Part shown: positions 32,971 through 33,000 of the stretch, piece by piece
How the letters are laid out: each line of letters begins with the position of its first letter
Numbering within the stretch: the first letter of the stretch is position 1
Origin: Neoechinorhynchus agilis
Taxonomy: Eukaryota; Animalia; Acanthocephala
Reading direction: 5' to 3'
Assembly: GCA_051530055.1 (NCBI GenBank)
Contig: CM121343.1
Coordinates: 4,341,389 to 4,374,388, forward strand
Length of the DNA: 33,000 nucleotides
Translations under genes and position numbers: made by a program
Notes under the pieces: generated by a model
Told to the model about the DNA's origin: nothing
Seen by the model: the letters and a program-made list of their open reading frames with translations, nothing else
The model's database searches: none

Positions 32971-33000
32971 ACGAGATGAGGTCGTCGTTGCAGTTCCGAA

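Overview
Eukaryotic DNA from an animal with a compact genome, most likely a bilaterian invertebrate; the species cannot be identified from the sequence. Most introns are canonical GT-AG and about 40-60 nt long. Left gene cluster: GAPVD1 (minus strand, running off the left edge), intronless LUC7L3, and a very compact cholinergic locus with intronless VAChT/SLC18A3 just upstream of multi-exon ChAT. The middle (about 10.6-22.4 kb) is a repeat island. It holds two decayed LINE 3' fragments, a near full-length but inactivated CRE-clade non-LTR retrotransposon, a dual-specificity phosphatase pseudogene, several foldback/MITE-like hairpins and a two-module minisatellite. Right gene cluster: TMEM39 (one in-frame TAA), an apparently N-terminally shortened Piezo, and a divergent intronless 7TM receptor. 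Two observations point to intron creation by inverted-repeat elements. (1) A 72-nt stop-containing hairpin sits inside a conserved ChAT exon and restores the protein only if removed at non-canonical ends (AG..AC or GT..CA). (2) The 1.6-kb GAPVD1 intron coincides with an element bounded by 11-bp terminal inverted repeats and an imperfect 8-bp target-site duplication, and the two splice sites lie inside those duplicated copies. No rRNA, tRNA or CRISPR was recognised. All homology calls come from remembered motif alignments by eye, not database searches.
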